Counted from the first letter of the stretch, positions 40,265-50,355 are shown. The stretch: DNA of 64,000 nt from Coriobacteriales bacterium (GCA_050946275.1 JBMNUM010000007.1:21779-85778); one strand, 5' to 3'. Numbers and translations are program-made. Notes: generated by a model from the letters alone, not told the origin.

Positions 40265-41421
40265 CGGCGGCTCAGGCAAAACCCGAATCCAAGGCGAACC
40301 CGTTCGCCTCCATCATCGGCCAGTCGCAGGTGTCCCGGTTCCTCGCCGAGGCGCATGCGGCGGGAGCCTTGTCGCATGCGTACCTGCTCGCCGGCCCCAT
40401 GGGCTCGGGCAAGACGGAGACGGCTCTCGCGATCGCCAAGGCGTTCATCTGCCCCGACGGCGGATGCGGCGTGTGCGATGCGTGCAGGCGAGTCGAGCGC
40501 ATGACCCATCCCGATGTGCACTGGATCGATCCCGAGGGCGTGGGGAGCTACCTAGCCGAGCAGATTCGCGATGTGATCAGGGACAGCACGCTTGCCCCCA
40601 TCCGGGCCAACCGCAAGGTGTATATCATCACGCGTGCCGACCTGCTCCGCGACAAGGCGGCCAACGCCTTCCTCAAGACCCTCGAGGAACCTCCGGCCGA
40701 CACGTCCTTCGTGCTCATGGCGCGCATGCGCTCCAGCGTGCTGCCCACGATCGTCTCGCGGTGCCAGACCCTCACGTTCAGACGCCTTCCCGAGGCCGAG
40801 GCCCTCGGGCTCGTCTGCCGCGCGACCGGCGCCAGCGAGCAGGACGCCCGCGTCGCGCTCACGGCGACGGGCGGTTCGACGAAAAGCGCCTGCGAGTTCG
40901 TGAGATCCCCCTCGCGCAAGCAGGCCCGGCTCGTGGCCATCGAGGTCATGGAACGGCTTGGCGACGCCGATGGGGCCGACGTCCTCGACTGCGCTCGTCG
41001 CATGGTCGCGGCCGTCGATGCGCCCCAGGAGGAGATTCGCTCCCGCGCGGCAACCGAGCTGCAGGACAACGGCGAGTTTCTCTCCAAGGGAGCGCTGAAC
41101 TATCTCGAGAAACGCAACGACCGCAAGATCGCCGCGAGCAAACGCGAGGTCTACAACGAGATGCTATCGGTCATCCGCTCATGGTTGCGCGACTGCGCGG
41201 CAGTGGGTTTTGAGCGTGAAAAACTTATGGTCAACTATGATTGCCATTACACTATAGAGAAGACCGGCGCCCAGTTGGGCCTCGATGCGATCCTGCGCGC
41301 GCTGCGGGCGGTTGACTCAGCGGCGGAGCGCATCGCCAGAAATGTTGCACCGCAACTTGCCCTCGAGGCAATGTTGTTTGAAATAAGAGAGGTATTGTAT
41401 GCCGGCAGTAGTGCCCGTTAG
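40261..41421 (+). CDS. holB: DNA polymerase III delta-prime subunit
   Basis: HAYLLAGPMGSGK, CGVCDAC, HPD, ANAFLKTLEEP, PTIVSRC. Confidence 0.9.
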   Translation: MTAAQAKPESKANPFASIIGQSQVSRFLAEAHAAGALSHAYLLAGPMGSGKTETALAIAKAFICPDGGCGVCDACRRVERMTHPDVHWIDPEGVGSYLAEQIRDVIRDSTLAPIRANRKVYIITRADLLRDKAANAFLKTLEEPPADTSFVLMARMRSSVLPTIVSRCQTLTFRRLPEAEALGLVCRATGASEQDARVALTATGGSTKSACEFVRSPSRKQARLVAIEVMERLGDADGADVLDCARRMVAAVDAPQEEIRSRAATELQDNGEFLSKGALNYLEKRNDRKIAASKREVYNEMLSVIRSWLRDCAAVGFEREKLMVNYDCHYTIEKTGAQLGLDAILRALRAVDSAAERIARNVAPQLALEAMLFEIREVLYAGSSAR

Positions 41422-42838
41422 ATTCAAGCATAATGCGAAGGTTTACTGGTTCTCCTATAGCGACTGCGATCCCCAGAGGGGCTCGTATGTCGTCGTGGGC
41501 CGCGAGGGCGGCAAGGCGTTCGGGCTCGTCGATGGCGACCCGTTCGAACTGAGCGACGAGGAAGCGGGCAAGCTGCGCTCGCCGCTGAGCCCCATCATCC
41601 GCGTCGCGAGCGAGGACGATCTTGCCAAGAAGGAGGAGCTCGAGGCGAAGGGCGAGGAGGCCAAGACGGTCTTCCGCGAGCTCGCCGAGAAGCGCGGCCT
41701 CGATATCAAACCCATCGACGTCGAGTACATGCTCGACTCCGACAACGCAGTCTTCCATTTCTCATCCGAGGAGCGCGTCGATTTCCGCGAGCTCGTGCGC
41801 GACCTGGCATCGCGCCTGCACGTGCACGTCGACATGCGCCAGATGGGCGTTCGCGACGAGGCCCGCACGGTGGGAGGCATCGGCCATTGCGGTGAGGTGC
41901 TGTGCTGCGTGCGCATGAGCAGCGCCTTCCAGCCCGTGTCCATCAAGATGGCCAAGGAGCAGGACCTCCCGCTCAACCCCAGCAAGGTCTCGGGTGCCTG
42001 CGGCAGGCTCATGTGCTGCCTCCGTTACGAGTACGAGGCCTACAAGGACTTCAAGTCGCGCTCCCCGAAGCTCAACGCCACGATCGAGACCCCGGCGGGT
42101 CCCGCCAAGGTGATCGAGCTCAACACGCCCAAGGAATACGTGAAACTCAAGCTGCTCGAGACCGATGAGGCGTTCATCGTTCCCATCGGCGGCATGGAGT
42201 GCGATCCCGAAAGCGACAGCCCGCGCCCGTGCAGGGTGTGCGCCGAGGCGTTCGAGGAGCACTGCCCGGCATCGCTGAAGCGTGAGAAGCTGCTCGAGAT
42301 TCCCGCCGACGAGGTCCTGAAATCGGACGAGGATTCGAAGCCCGGCAAGAAGCGCCGCCGTGGCGGCAGGGGCAGGAAGTCCGGCTCCGGCGGCCAGCAG
42401 GGCCAGGCCTCGCAGGGAGAGAAGAAGCCCGCGCAGAGAGGCGGGGAGGCGAAACAGGACGGCGAGGCGAAGCCCGGCAAGAAACGCCGCCGTGGCGGCA
42501 GGGGCAGGAAGTCCGGCTCCGGCGGCCAGCAGGGTCAGCGCCAGGACGGTCAGGCGCAGGAGGCGAAGTCCGGCGAGCACAAGCAACGTCCGGGCCAGAA
42601 CTCCTCGAACCTCCGCAACCCCCGCGAGGATGGCCAAGGCGGATCGGCCGGCCAGGGCAATCGCAACAGGCGCCGTCGCGGTGGCGGAGGCGGTGGCGGC
42701 AACCAGGCCAAGCGCCCCGCGGAAGGCCAGCAAGGCGGACAGCAGCAAGGCGGTGGCTCCGGCCAGCGCAAGAGGAAACCCCGTCGCACGTCGGGTGGCA
42801 CGGGAAACGCCCCTGCAAGCGGCGAGAACAAGGCATAG
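41399..42838 (+). CDS. ricT: PSP1-domain RicT/YaaT protein with long disordered tail
   Basis: RVDFRELVRDLA, GIGHCG..LCC, SIKMAKEQ, SGACGRLMCCL.YE; tmk-holB-yaaT synteny. Confidence 0.88.
   Translation: MPAVVPVRFKHNAKVYWFSYSDCDPQRGSYVVVGREGGKAFGLVDGDPFELSDEEAGKLRSPLSPIIRVASEDDLAKKEELEAKGEEAKTVFRELAEKRGLDIKPIDVEYMLDSDNAVFHFSSEERVDFRELVRDLASRLHVHVDMRQMGVRDEARTVGGIGHCGEVLCCVRMSSAFQPVSIKMAKEQDLPLNPSKVSGACGRLMCCLRYEYEAYKDFKSRSPKLNATIETPAGPAKVIELNTPKEYVKLKLLETDEAFIVPIGGMECDPESDSPRPCRVCAEAFEEHCPASLKREKLLEIPADEVLKSDEDSKPGKKRRRGGRGRKSGSGGQQGQASQGEKKPAQRGGEAKQDGEAKPGKKRRRGGRGRKSGSGGQQGQRQDGQAQEAKSGEHKQRPGQNSSNLRNPREDGQGGSAGQGNRNRRRRGGGGGGGNQAKRPAEGQQGGQQQGGGSGQRKRKPRRTSGGTGNAPASGENKA
42336..42534 (+). 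repeat. Intragenic 67-bp direct repeat (period 132 bp, one mismatch)
   Basis: Two copies starting at 42336 and 42468, each encoding KPGKKRRRGGRGRKSGSGGQQG. Confidence 0.85.
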
Positions 42839-42874
42839 GAAGCGCTCGCACGCTCCACGTCGAAAGGTGCAATC

Positions 42875-44320
42875 ATGGAACGCAATTCAGCTCTGCTCAC
42901 GGACCTGTACGAGCTCACCATGGCGGAGGGCTACTGGAAGGAGGGCCTGCGCCAGGCGGAGGCCTGCTTCTACATGCACTTCCGCAACAACCCGTTCGAG
43001 GGCGGCTACGCCATCGCGTGCGGCCTCGACCATCTCGCGAAGATCATCGACGACTTCACGTTCACCGATGAGGACATCGCGTACCTCTCGAGCCTGACGG
43101 TTCCCTCGGGCAATCCGCTGTTCGACAAGGACTTCCTCGAGTACCTGCGCGGCTACAAGCTGCATCTCGATGTGGATGCCACGCCCGAGGGCACGGTCGT
43201 CTTCCCGCAGGAGCCCATGGTTCGCGTGATGGGTCCGCTCGTCGACTGCCAGCTCATCGAGCCGGCGCTGCTCAATGCCGTCAACTTCGAGACGCTCGTC
43301 GCCACGAAGGCGGCGCGTATCTGCAACGTGACCAAGGGCAGTGTGGCCGAGTTCGGCCTGCGCCGCGCCCAGGGTCCCGACGGCGGTCTGCGAGCCTCGC
43401 GCGCCGCGTTCATCGGCGGCTGCACGTCGACATCCAACGTGTTGTGCGGCCAGGTGTTCGACATCCCCGTGTCCGGCACGCACGCGCACTCCTGGGTCAT
43501 GTCGTTCGACACCGAGCTCGAGGCGTTCCGCGCCTTCGCTAAGGCCATGCCCGAGAACACGATCTTGCTGGTCGACACCTACGATGTGATGCAGGGCATC
43601 GCCAACGCGGTGATCGTCGGCAAGGAGATGGAGGAGCGCGGCGAGCGCCTCATCGGCATCAGGCTCGACTCCGGCGACCTTGCATGGGAGTCCAAGAAGG
43701 CTCGCGAGATGCTCGACGAGGCGGGGCTCGACTACGTGAAGATCTTCGCCACGAACGACCTCGACGAGTTCACGATCGACTCGCTCGAGCGCCAGGGCGC
43801 ACGCATCGATTCCTGGGGCGTTGGCACGAAGCTCGCCGTGGCATACGATCAGCCTGCGCTCGGCGGCGTCTACAAGATGTCGGCCGTCAAGCAGACTCCG
43901 GACTCCCAGTGGGAGCCCAAGATCAAGCTCTCCGCCCAGATCGTCAAGCGCACGCTCCCGGGCATCCTCGACATCCGCCGCTACATGGATGCGAACGGCA
44001 TGTACTGCGGCGATATGATCTTCGACGACCTCTCGGGTGTGAGCCACGAGATGATGGTCGACCCGGTCGACCCGGTTCACCGCAAGTCGCTTGCGGGACG
44101 CACGCACAAGACGCTGCTCACACCGCTCGCGCGCGGCGGCAAATCGGTCTACGGGCAGACGGATTGCCGCGAGGCCCAGGCCCTCGCCCGCGAGGAGATG
44201 GCCAAGCTCGACCCGTCGTACACGCGATTCCTGAATCCGGGTTCGTATCCCGTCGGCCTCGAGGTCGGGCTCTTCGAGACGCGCGAGAAGCTGATCCGCG
44301 AGCACAACCCCAACGGATAG
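42875..44320 (+). CDS. pncB: Nicotinate phosphoribosyltransferase
   Basis: LLTDLYELTM, EFGLRRAQG, SGTHAHSW, LVDTYD, RLDSGDL, WGVGT. Confidence 0.95.
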   Translation: MERNSALLTDLYELTMAEGYWKEGLRQAEACFYMHFRNNPFEGGYAIACGLDHLAKIIDDFTFTDEDIAYLSSLTVPSGNPLFDKDFLEYLRGYKLHLDVDATPEGTVVFPQEPMVRVMGPLVDCQLIEPALLNAVNFETLVATKAARICNVTKGSVAEFGLRRAQGPDGGLRASRAAFIGGCTSTSNVLCGQVFDIPVSGTHAHSWVMSFDTELEAFRAFAKAMPENTILLVDTYDVMQGIANAVIVGKEMEERGERLIGIRLDSGDLAWESKKAREMLDEAGLDYVKIFATNDLDEFTIDSLERQGARIDSWGVGTKLAVAYDQPALGGVYKMSAVKQTPDSQWEPKIKLSAQIVKRTLPGILDIRRYMDANGMYCGDMIFDDLSGVSHEMMVDPVDPVHRKSLAGRTHKTLLTPLARGGKSVYGQTDCREAQALAREEMAKLDPSYTRFLNPGSYPVGLEVGLFETREKLIREHNPNG

Positions 44321-44357
44321 GCGCAAGCGCCGGCCCGTGACCATAAGGAGGTACGCC

Positions 44358-45305
44358 ATGACGCTGCCGCAGCACAAATGCCAGCTTGTGATTGACTCCG
44401 CCTGCGACTTGCCGCATGAGGTGGTCGAGTCGCTCGGCGTGGATATGATGCTCTTCCCGTACGAGATGAACGACGGCGAGCATATCGACGACTTCGGCCA
44501 GAGCATGTCGTCCGAGGATTTCTACGGGCGCCTCATCGATGGCGATGTTTCCCGGACCGCGCAGATTCCCATCCCCGTGATGACCGAGAAGTTCAGGCAT
44601 GCCGCTGAGACGAAGACCCCCACGGTGTTCCTATGTCTCTCGTCAGGACTCACCGGCACCTACGACACCATGTGCCGCGTTGCCGACGAGGTGAGGGAGG
44701 AGTTCCCCGAGGCCGAGATCTACGTCGTCGACACGCTGCTCGCCTCGATCGCCGAGGGGTTCCTCGTCCTGGAGGCCGTCAAGCAGCGCAACAACGGCCT
44801 CACGGCCGCCGAGCTCGCCGCATGGGCGGAGGAGGCGCGTTACTACGTGCACGGCTACTTCACCGTCGATGACCTCATGTACCTGCGCCGTGGCGGCAGG
44901 ATCCCGCCGATTGCCGCGGCCGCCGGTTCGAAGCTCGACATCAAGCCCGTCTTGAAGTTCGATCTGACCGGTCATCTAGCCATCGACGGCCTCGTGCGCG
45001 GCAGGAAGAAGTCCGTCAAGTCCGTCGCGAAGCTGCTCAACGAGAACGCCATCGAGCCCGATCGTGCGCAGATCGTCTTTGGCAATGCGGTATGCGAGAA
45101 GGACATGCGTTCCCTCGAGGGGATGTACTCGGGTCCGAAGGCCCTGTTCGTGGAGACGAGCATCGGCCCGGTTATCGGCTCGCACGTTGGTCCCGGCATG
45201 GTTGCCGCCTCGTTCTGGGGACCGGACAGGCGCAAGGAGGCGTCGTTCGGCGACCGCATCGCCAAGAACGTCAAGAAGCGCAACAGCCCGCCGTTCCCGA
45301 AGTAG
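44358..45305 (+). CDS. degV: DegV family fatty-acid-binding protein
   Basis: IDSACDL, LSSGLTGTY, VDTLLAS, YLRRGGRI, GPVIGSHVGPG. Confidence 0.92.
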   Translation: MTLPQHKCQLVIDSACDLPHEVVESLGVDMMLFPYEMNDGEHIDDFGQSMSSEDFYGRLIDGDVSRTAQIPIPVMTEKFRHAAETKTPTVFLCLSSGLTGTYDTMCRVADEVREEFPEAEIYVVDTLLASIAEGFLVLEAVKQRNNGLTAAELAAWAEEARYYVHGYFTVDDLMYLRRGGRIPPIAAAAGSKLDIKPVLKFDLTGHLAIDGLVRGRKKSVKSVAKLLNENAIEPDRAQIVFGNAVCEKDMRSLEGMYSGPKALFVETSIGPVIGSHVGPGMVAASFWGPDRRKEASFGDRIAKNVKKRNSPPFPK

Positions 45306-45318
45306 GAGAACGTTTTCG

Positions 45319-45491
45319 GCTGGATCCGGGTCGGTACCCCTCCAGGCAATGCGGAGCAATTCGCCCCGATTCTGGCTGCGCTTAGCGAGGACTGTCTGAG
45401 CGTCCGAAGGACGCGAGTTCCGCAGCTGCAGCCAGAATCGGGGCGAATGTTTTGCGGAGTTTGCCTGGAGGGGTACCGACCCGGATCCAGC
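45319..45491. repeat. 173-bp nested inverted repeat (MITE/REP-like)
   Basis: Perfect 31-bp outer arms (45319-45349 / 45461-45491) and perfect 21-bp inner arms (45359-45379 / 45428-45448), between convergent genes. Confidence 0.85.
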
Positions 45492-45500
45492 GGCAACGGC

Positions 45501-47759
45501 TTACCTCAGGTGCTTCACCAGGTAGCAGTGGTGGATGTCGCCCGTGCGCGCGAAGTCCTCGGGAATCGTCTTCTTGCTGATGTCCGCGAGTCCGACATGC
45601 GCTTTCGCGAGCGTCTCGACATCGGGTTTGAACCCGCGCAGATTGCAGCAGAAAATCGCCGTTCCGTTCTCGCGGAGCAGGCGGGAGACGCCGATGAGCA
45701 GCTCGGCATGATCGCGCTGCACGTCCCACGAGCGCTTGCGCATGCGCTTGGAGTTCGAGAATGTCGGCGGGTCGACGTAGATGAGATCGAAGCGCCGTGG
45801 GGAATGGCGCGTCTCGGTCACCCACGGGAGGACGTCCGCTTGCTCGAATGTGTGCTCGGGGCCATCGAAGTGGTTGAGCGCGAGGTTGTCACGCGCCCAG
45901 GCCAGATAGGTGTTCGAGAGGTCGACGGTGTGCGTGGATGCCGCGCCACCCGCAGCGGCGTACACCGTGGCGGAGCCCGTGTAGGCGAACAGGTTCAGGA
46001 AATCCTTGCCGCGTGAGTTCTCGCCGATGAGCTGCCGTATGTCGCGGCCATCGAGGAACAACCCCGTGTCGAGATGCGCATCGAAGCGCACGCGGAAGAA
46101 ATGCCCGTTCTCGAGGATGACGTGCCCGGCGCTCTCCGTTGCCGGGCCACCGTCTGTCTCGCGGTATTGCGATCCTCCCTTCGAGCGGATGCGGCGCTTG
46201 AGGAAGACATCTCCCGCGTTGAGGTCGAACTCCGCTCGGACCGCCTCGACGGCTGCGTTGAGGCGTGCGCCTGCGAGCTCGGGGTCGACGGTCTTCGGCG
46301 GGGCGTACTCGCACACGTGGGCCCAGCGCTTGCCGCTCTCGGCACCCGCACCCTGGTACAGGTCGACGGACATCGCAAATCCCGGGAGGTCGGAGTCGTA
46401 GACGCGATAGCAGGTGACACCGGTTCTGCGCGCCCATTTGCCCCGGTGCTTCGCCATCTTGTGGAGCCGGTTTGCGAACTGCTCGGCTTGCATCCCGAGC
46501 GTTCCCGCCGATGTATCCGCGGTGCTGTCCGACGCGCCGGTGTCGCCAGATGCGGCGTCGGGGGCAGGTGTAGCGCCTGCTGCCCTATACGAGCGGATCG
46601 TGGCCTCGAGGGGCCCGTTGAAGGTATCGATCACGCTGGTCGGACGAGCGCCGAGCAGGCTGTCTACCGAGGGGTCGGCGACGATGAGGGAGAGGCCCCA
46701 TCCCGCGCCCTGCCGAGCGACGATGCCGCGGAGCGCGAGGAGCAGCGAGGGCAGCTGGCTTCTGCTCAGCAATCTCTCCCCATAGGGAGGGTTCGTTGCG
46801 ATGAGTCCGGTCGGGGTGAGGTCATCGACCGCGAGATGGGCGATGTCGCTCGTCTCGAATCGAATCGCTCCTCCCACGCCCGCACGGCGCGCATTTGCCT
46901 GCGCGAGCGCGATGGCGGACGGGTCGATGTCCGCGGCGATGATTGCCCCGGCGGGGGACTGGTGGCTCTCGGCCCGCGCATCCGCTGCATCGACCGCGGC
47001 GACGAGCGCATCCTGGTCGAATTGCTTCCAGCCCTCGATCCCCCAGGTTCCCCGGAAGATGCCCGGGGCGATGTCGCCGGCGATGAGAGCCGCCTCGATC
47101 GCGAGCGTCCCGCTGCCGCAGAACGGGTCCACGAACGATCCGCCCTCCGCCGCGATGCGCGGCCAGTCGCCGGCGAGCAGGATGGCGGCGGCGAGGGTCT
47201 CCTTGATCGGCGCCTCGACCTGCGCGCCCTGTTCACGGTAGCCCCTGCGGTGCATGGGAGCGCCGCTGGCATCGAGCGATATGGTCGCCTTGGACTCGTG
47301 GATGTTAACGCTTACCGCAAAGTCGGGTTTGCGCGTGTCGACGTTGGGCCGCGCCCCCGTCTTCTCGGTCAGCCGGTCGCAGAGAGCGTCTTTGACGCGA
47401 TGCTCGACGAAGCGTGTGTTGCGCAGCTTCGCGTTCGTCCCCTTCGCATGGATGGCGATCGTCGCGCCGTCGGAGACGTGCTCCTCCCATGGGATGTTCA
47501 CGCACGTCTCGTAGAGCTCGTCCGCATTGCGTGCGGGTCCGCGCTCGAGCACGACCAGCACCCTGCTCGCGCAGCGCAGCCACAGCAATGCCTCGCAGAT
47601 CTGAGCCATGTCGGCTTGGAAGGAGACGCCTGAAGAGAGCGGGCGCACGCGGGAGACGCCAAGCTCCCGCAGCTCGCCGGCCACGATGCCCTCGAGGCCC
47701 TTTGCGCATGAGGCGAACAGCTCGTACGTGCGGTCTCTGTCGAATCGGCTGGTCTTCAT
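45501..47759 (-). CDS. rlmKL: Bifunctional 23S rRNA methyltransferase RlmKL
   Basis: THUMP domain, APIKETLAAA, DPFCGSGT, TNPPYGER; second MTase with YRVYD.D.P, DTGLFLD, LNLFAYTG, DPPTFSNSK. Confidence 0.92.
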   Translation of the reverse strand: MKTSRFDRDRTYELFASCAKGLEGIVAGELRELGVSRVRPLSSGVSFQADMAQICEALLWLRCASRVLVVLERGPARNADELYETCVNIPWEEHVSDGATIAIHAKGTNAKLRNTRFVEHRVKDALCDRLTEKTGARPNVDTRKPDFAVSVNIHESKATISLDASGAPMHRRGYREQGAQVEAPIKETLAAAILLAGDWPRIAAEGGSFVDPFCGSGTLAIEAALIAGDIAPGIFRGTWGIEGWKQFDQDALVAAVDAADARAESHQSPAGAIIAADIDPSAIALAQANARRAGVGGAIRFETSDIAHLAVDDLTPTGLIATNPPYGERLLSRSQLPSLLLALRGIVARQGAGWGLSLIVADPSVDSLLGARPTSVIDTFNGPLEATIRSYRAAGATPAPDAASGDTGASDSTADTSAGTLGMQAEQFANRLHKMAKHRGKWARRTGVTCYRVYDSDLPGFAMSVDLYQGAGAESGKRWAHVCEYAPPKTVDPELAGARLNAAVEAVRAEFDLNAGDVFLKRRIRSKGGSQYRETDGGPATESAGHVILENGHFFRVRFDAHLDTGLFLDGRDIRQLIGENSRGKDFLNLFAYTGSATVYAAAGGAASTHTVDLSNTYLAWARDNLALNHFDGPEHTFEQADVLPWVTETRHSPRRFDLIYVDPPTFSNSKRMRKRSWDVQRDHAELLIGVSRLLRENGTAIFCCNLRGFKPDVETLAKAHVGLADISKKTIPEDFARTGDIHHCYLVKHLR

Positions 47760-48004
47760 GGGAAAGATACTATCAGATACGGGGGAGCGAGCGGCTGCGC
47801 GACCCGGCTAAGTCATGCGGCTTCCGGTCGCCCGGCTCGGACGAGCGTAATCTCGACCGCGCCCCGTCCATCTCTTTCATGCGGGTTGCCGGGTGGCTAC
47901 GCGCCTTCCGCATGCTGGCGAAACCGGTTGGGTTCATTCTGCGGTAGAATTTCCATATCTGTAAATCTGGGGTACTATGCCCTGTTTGCGAGCAGAGGAG
48001 AATC

Positions 48005-49123
48005 ATGGCCACAGCAAAGAAGAGCACGAAAGCGAAGGAAGAGGCCGAGAAGAAGGCCGCGGAGCCCGCTTCGGAGGTTTCGGAGAAGGCCGACAAGCCA
48101 GCCGCGAAGAAATCCACCGCGAAGAAGAGCACGACCAAGAAGACGGCTGCGGCGAAGGCCGTAGATTCCGCCGCCGAGGAGTCTCCTGCGGAGGAGAAGC
48201 CCGCGAAGAAGGCACCCGCCAAGAAGCGCACCGCGAAGAAGGCCGCCGAGCCCGCTTCGGAGGAAGCTGCTCCGGAGGAGAAGCCGGCGAAGAAGACGGC
48301 CCGCAAGACGACTAAGAAGGCCGCCGAGGAGCCTGCAGTCGAGGAAGCCCCCAAGAAGGCCCCCGCAAAGAAGCGGGCCTCGAAGAAGGCCGCTGCCGAG
48401 GAGGCGCCCGCGGCCGAGGAGGCCAAGCCCGCGAAGAAGGCCCCTGCAAAGAAGAAGGCGGCCCCGAAGAAGAAAGCCCCCGTCAAGATCGTCGAGGAGG
48501 ACGAGAACGGCAAGCACCTCATCGTCGACCCCTCGATCGAGAAGGTCGAGTACGTGGAGCAAGCGCTGGCCGATGGGGACATCCTCACGGCTCTCGTCGA
48601 GAGCCTGTGCGGCGAGGCAAGGCGCGCCCGCCAGTTCTCCGCGACCATCCTCGCCCAGATCGCTCGCGAGAAGCCGGAGGTGCTCGTCCCGAGCATCCCG
48701 AGCATCGTCGATGCGCTCCATCGTCCCGAGGCCCAGACGCGCTGGGAGGCGCTCGATGCCCTCTACGAGCTCGTCGCCCTCGACAAGAACGCCTGTGCCA
48801 AGGCGATCGACGGTGCCGAGGTGTCGCTCGACGACGAGGATAACGGGGCTGCGCGCCTCGCGGCATTCCGCTTCCTGTGCAAGCTCGGCGCAAGCGATTC
48901 GAAGCTTGCGGGGAAGGTGTGGCCGAACATCGACGGGGGAATCCAGTGGTTCCACGGTGACCCGGAGTTCCAGGAGATGCTCGACGAGCTCATCGTGTTC
49001 GCACAGGAGACGGATAACAAGACGGTGCGCAGCGAGCTCGCCGACCGCATGTCGTTTGATGCGACGAACGGCAAGGGTGCTCTCAAGCGCAAGGCGACGC
49101 AGATTGTGGAGGCCTGCAAATGA
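48005..49123 (+). CDS. Histone-H1-like (AKK/PAKK) N-terminus fused to an ARM/HEAT-like domain
   Basis: ~160 aa of K/A/E/P repeats followed by helical repeats (TRWEALDAL, ARLAAFRFL). Confidence 0.75.
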   Translation: MATAKKSTKAKEEAEKKAAEPASEVSEKADKPAAKKSTAKKSTTKKTAAAKAVDSAAEESPAEEKPAKKAPAKKRTAKKAAEPASEEAAPEEKPAKKTARKTTKKAAEEPAVEEAPKKAPAKKRASKKAAAEEAPAAEEAKPAKKAPAKKKAAPKKKAPVKIVEEDENGKHLIVDPSIEKVEYVEQALADGDILTALVESLCGEARRARQFSATILAQIAREKPEVLVPSIPSIVDALHRPEAQTRWEALDALYELVALDKNACAKAIDGAEVSLDDEDNGAARLAAFRFLCKLGASDSKLAGKVWPNIDGGIQWFHGDPEFQEMLDELIVFAQETDNKTVRSELADRMSFDATNGKGALKRKATQIVEACK

Positions 49124-50355
49124 GCGAGATCTCGAATGTGATGGACGATACCGTCCGCGATTGCACGAGGGCTATCCCGCGGACGATTTCGTGGGACGCC
49201 GATGAATCGGCGGTGCGCCTGATCGACCAGCGGCTTCTGCCCCTGCGCTGCGAGGAGATGCTGTGCCGGACGCACGACGAGATGGTCGAGGCCATCAAGA
49301 CGTTGGCGCTGCGCGGTGCTCCCGCGATCGGCGTGGGCGGTGCCCTCTCCCTGGCCGTATGGTCGGAAAACGAATCCAAGGAGGAGACGGTCCCCGCATA
49401 TCTCGACGCCCTGGATGCGGTCGGCGATGTCGTCGGCAACGCGCGTCCGACCGCCGTCAACCTGAGCTGGGCGGTGAAGCGCTGCATCGCCCACGTCAAG
49501 GAGGTCGCAGGCCAGCCGGGTGCCGATGTCGCGCAGCTGAAGGAGTCCCTCCTCTCCCTTGCGCTGGAGATGCAAGCCGAGGACGAGGCCACGAACCGCC
49601 TCATCGGTGCTCACGGCGCCGAGGTGCTCGCACCCGGTTCGCGCATCATGACGCACTGCAACGCCGGCTCGCTGGCGACCGTCTTCTTCGGAACGGCGCT
49701 CGGCGTGATCTTCACGGCCTTCGACCGCGGCCTGGTCGAGCATGTGTATCCGTGCGAGACCCGTCCCGTCAACCAGGGCGGCAGGCTCACGGCATGGGAG
49801 CTCATGCAGGCGGGCATTCCGTCGACCCTCATATGCGATAACATGGCCGCCACGGTCATGTCGCAGGGCAAGATCGACGCGGTTATCGTCGGTGCGGACC
49901 GAATCGCCGCCAACGGCGATACGGCCAACAAGATCGGCACCATGGGGCATGCGGTGCTGGCGCGCCACTTCGGCATCCCGTTCTACATCGCCGCTCCGTT
50001 CTCGACCATCGACTTCTCGATTGCAAGCGGTGCCGATATCGTCATCGAGCAGCGCAAGCCCGAGGAGATCCGCGGAATCTCCGTCGCTGGCCGCTTCGCC
50101 GCCGATGACGCTGCGACCGGCGAGGCCCTCGAGAGGCTCGGCGCCGCGGGCGGGGAGGTTGCATTCGATGGACCGCATCGCATGCGGGTTCTCCACGACG
50201 ACGGGGGATGGTCGTTCACGGGATGGTTCCAGAACACCCCGGTCGGGGTCGACGTGTTCAACCCGGCGTTCGACGTGACCCCCGCCGAGCTCATCACGGG
50301 CATCATCACCGAGCGCGGCGTCTTCAAGCCCGGAGAGCTTCCGCAGGGCGTCTGA
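49120..50355 (+). CDS. mtnA: S-methyl-5-thioribose-1-phosphate isomerase
   Basis: RGAPAIG, RPTAVNL, THCNAGSLAT, ETRP, GADRIAANGDTANKIGT, NPAFDVTP. Confidence 0.93.
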   Translation: MSEISNVMDDTVRDCTRAIPRTISWDADESAVRLIDQRLLPLRCEEMLCRTHDEMVEAIKTLALRGAPAIGVGGALSLAVWSENESKEETVPAYLDALDAVGDVVGNARPTAVNLSWAVKRCIAHVKEVAGQPGADVAQLKESLLSLALEMQAEDEATNRLIGAHGAEVLAPGSRIMTHCNAGSLATVFFGTALGVIFTAFDRGLVEHVYPCETRPVNQGGRLTAWELMQAGIPSTLICDNMAATVMSQGKIDAVIVGADRIAANGDTANKIGTMGHAVLARHFGIPFYIAAPFSTIDFSIASGADIVIEQRKPEEIRGISVAGRFAADDAATGEALERLGAAGGEVAFDGPHRMRVLHDDGGWSFTGWFQNTPVGVDVFNPAFDVTPAELITGIITERGVFKPGELPQGV

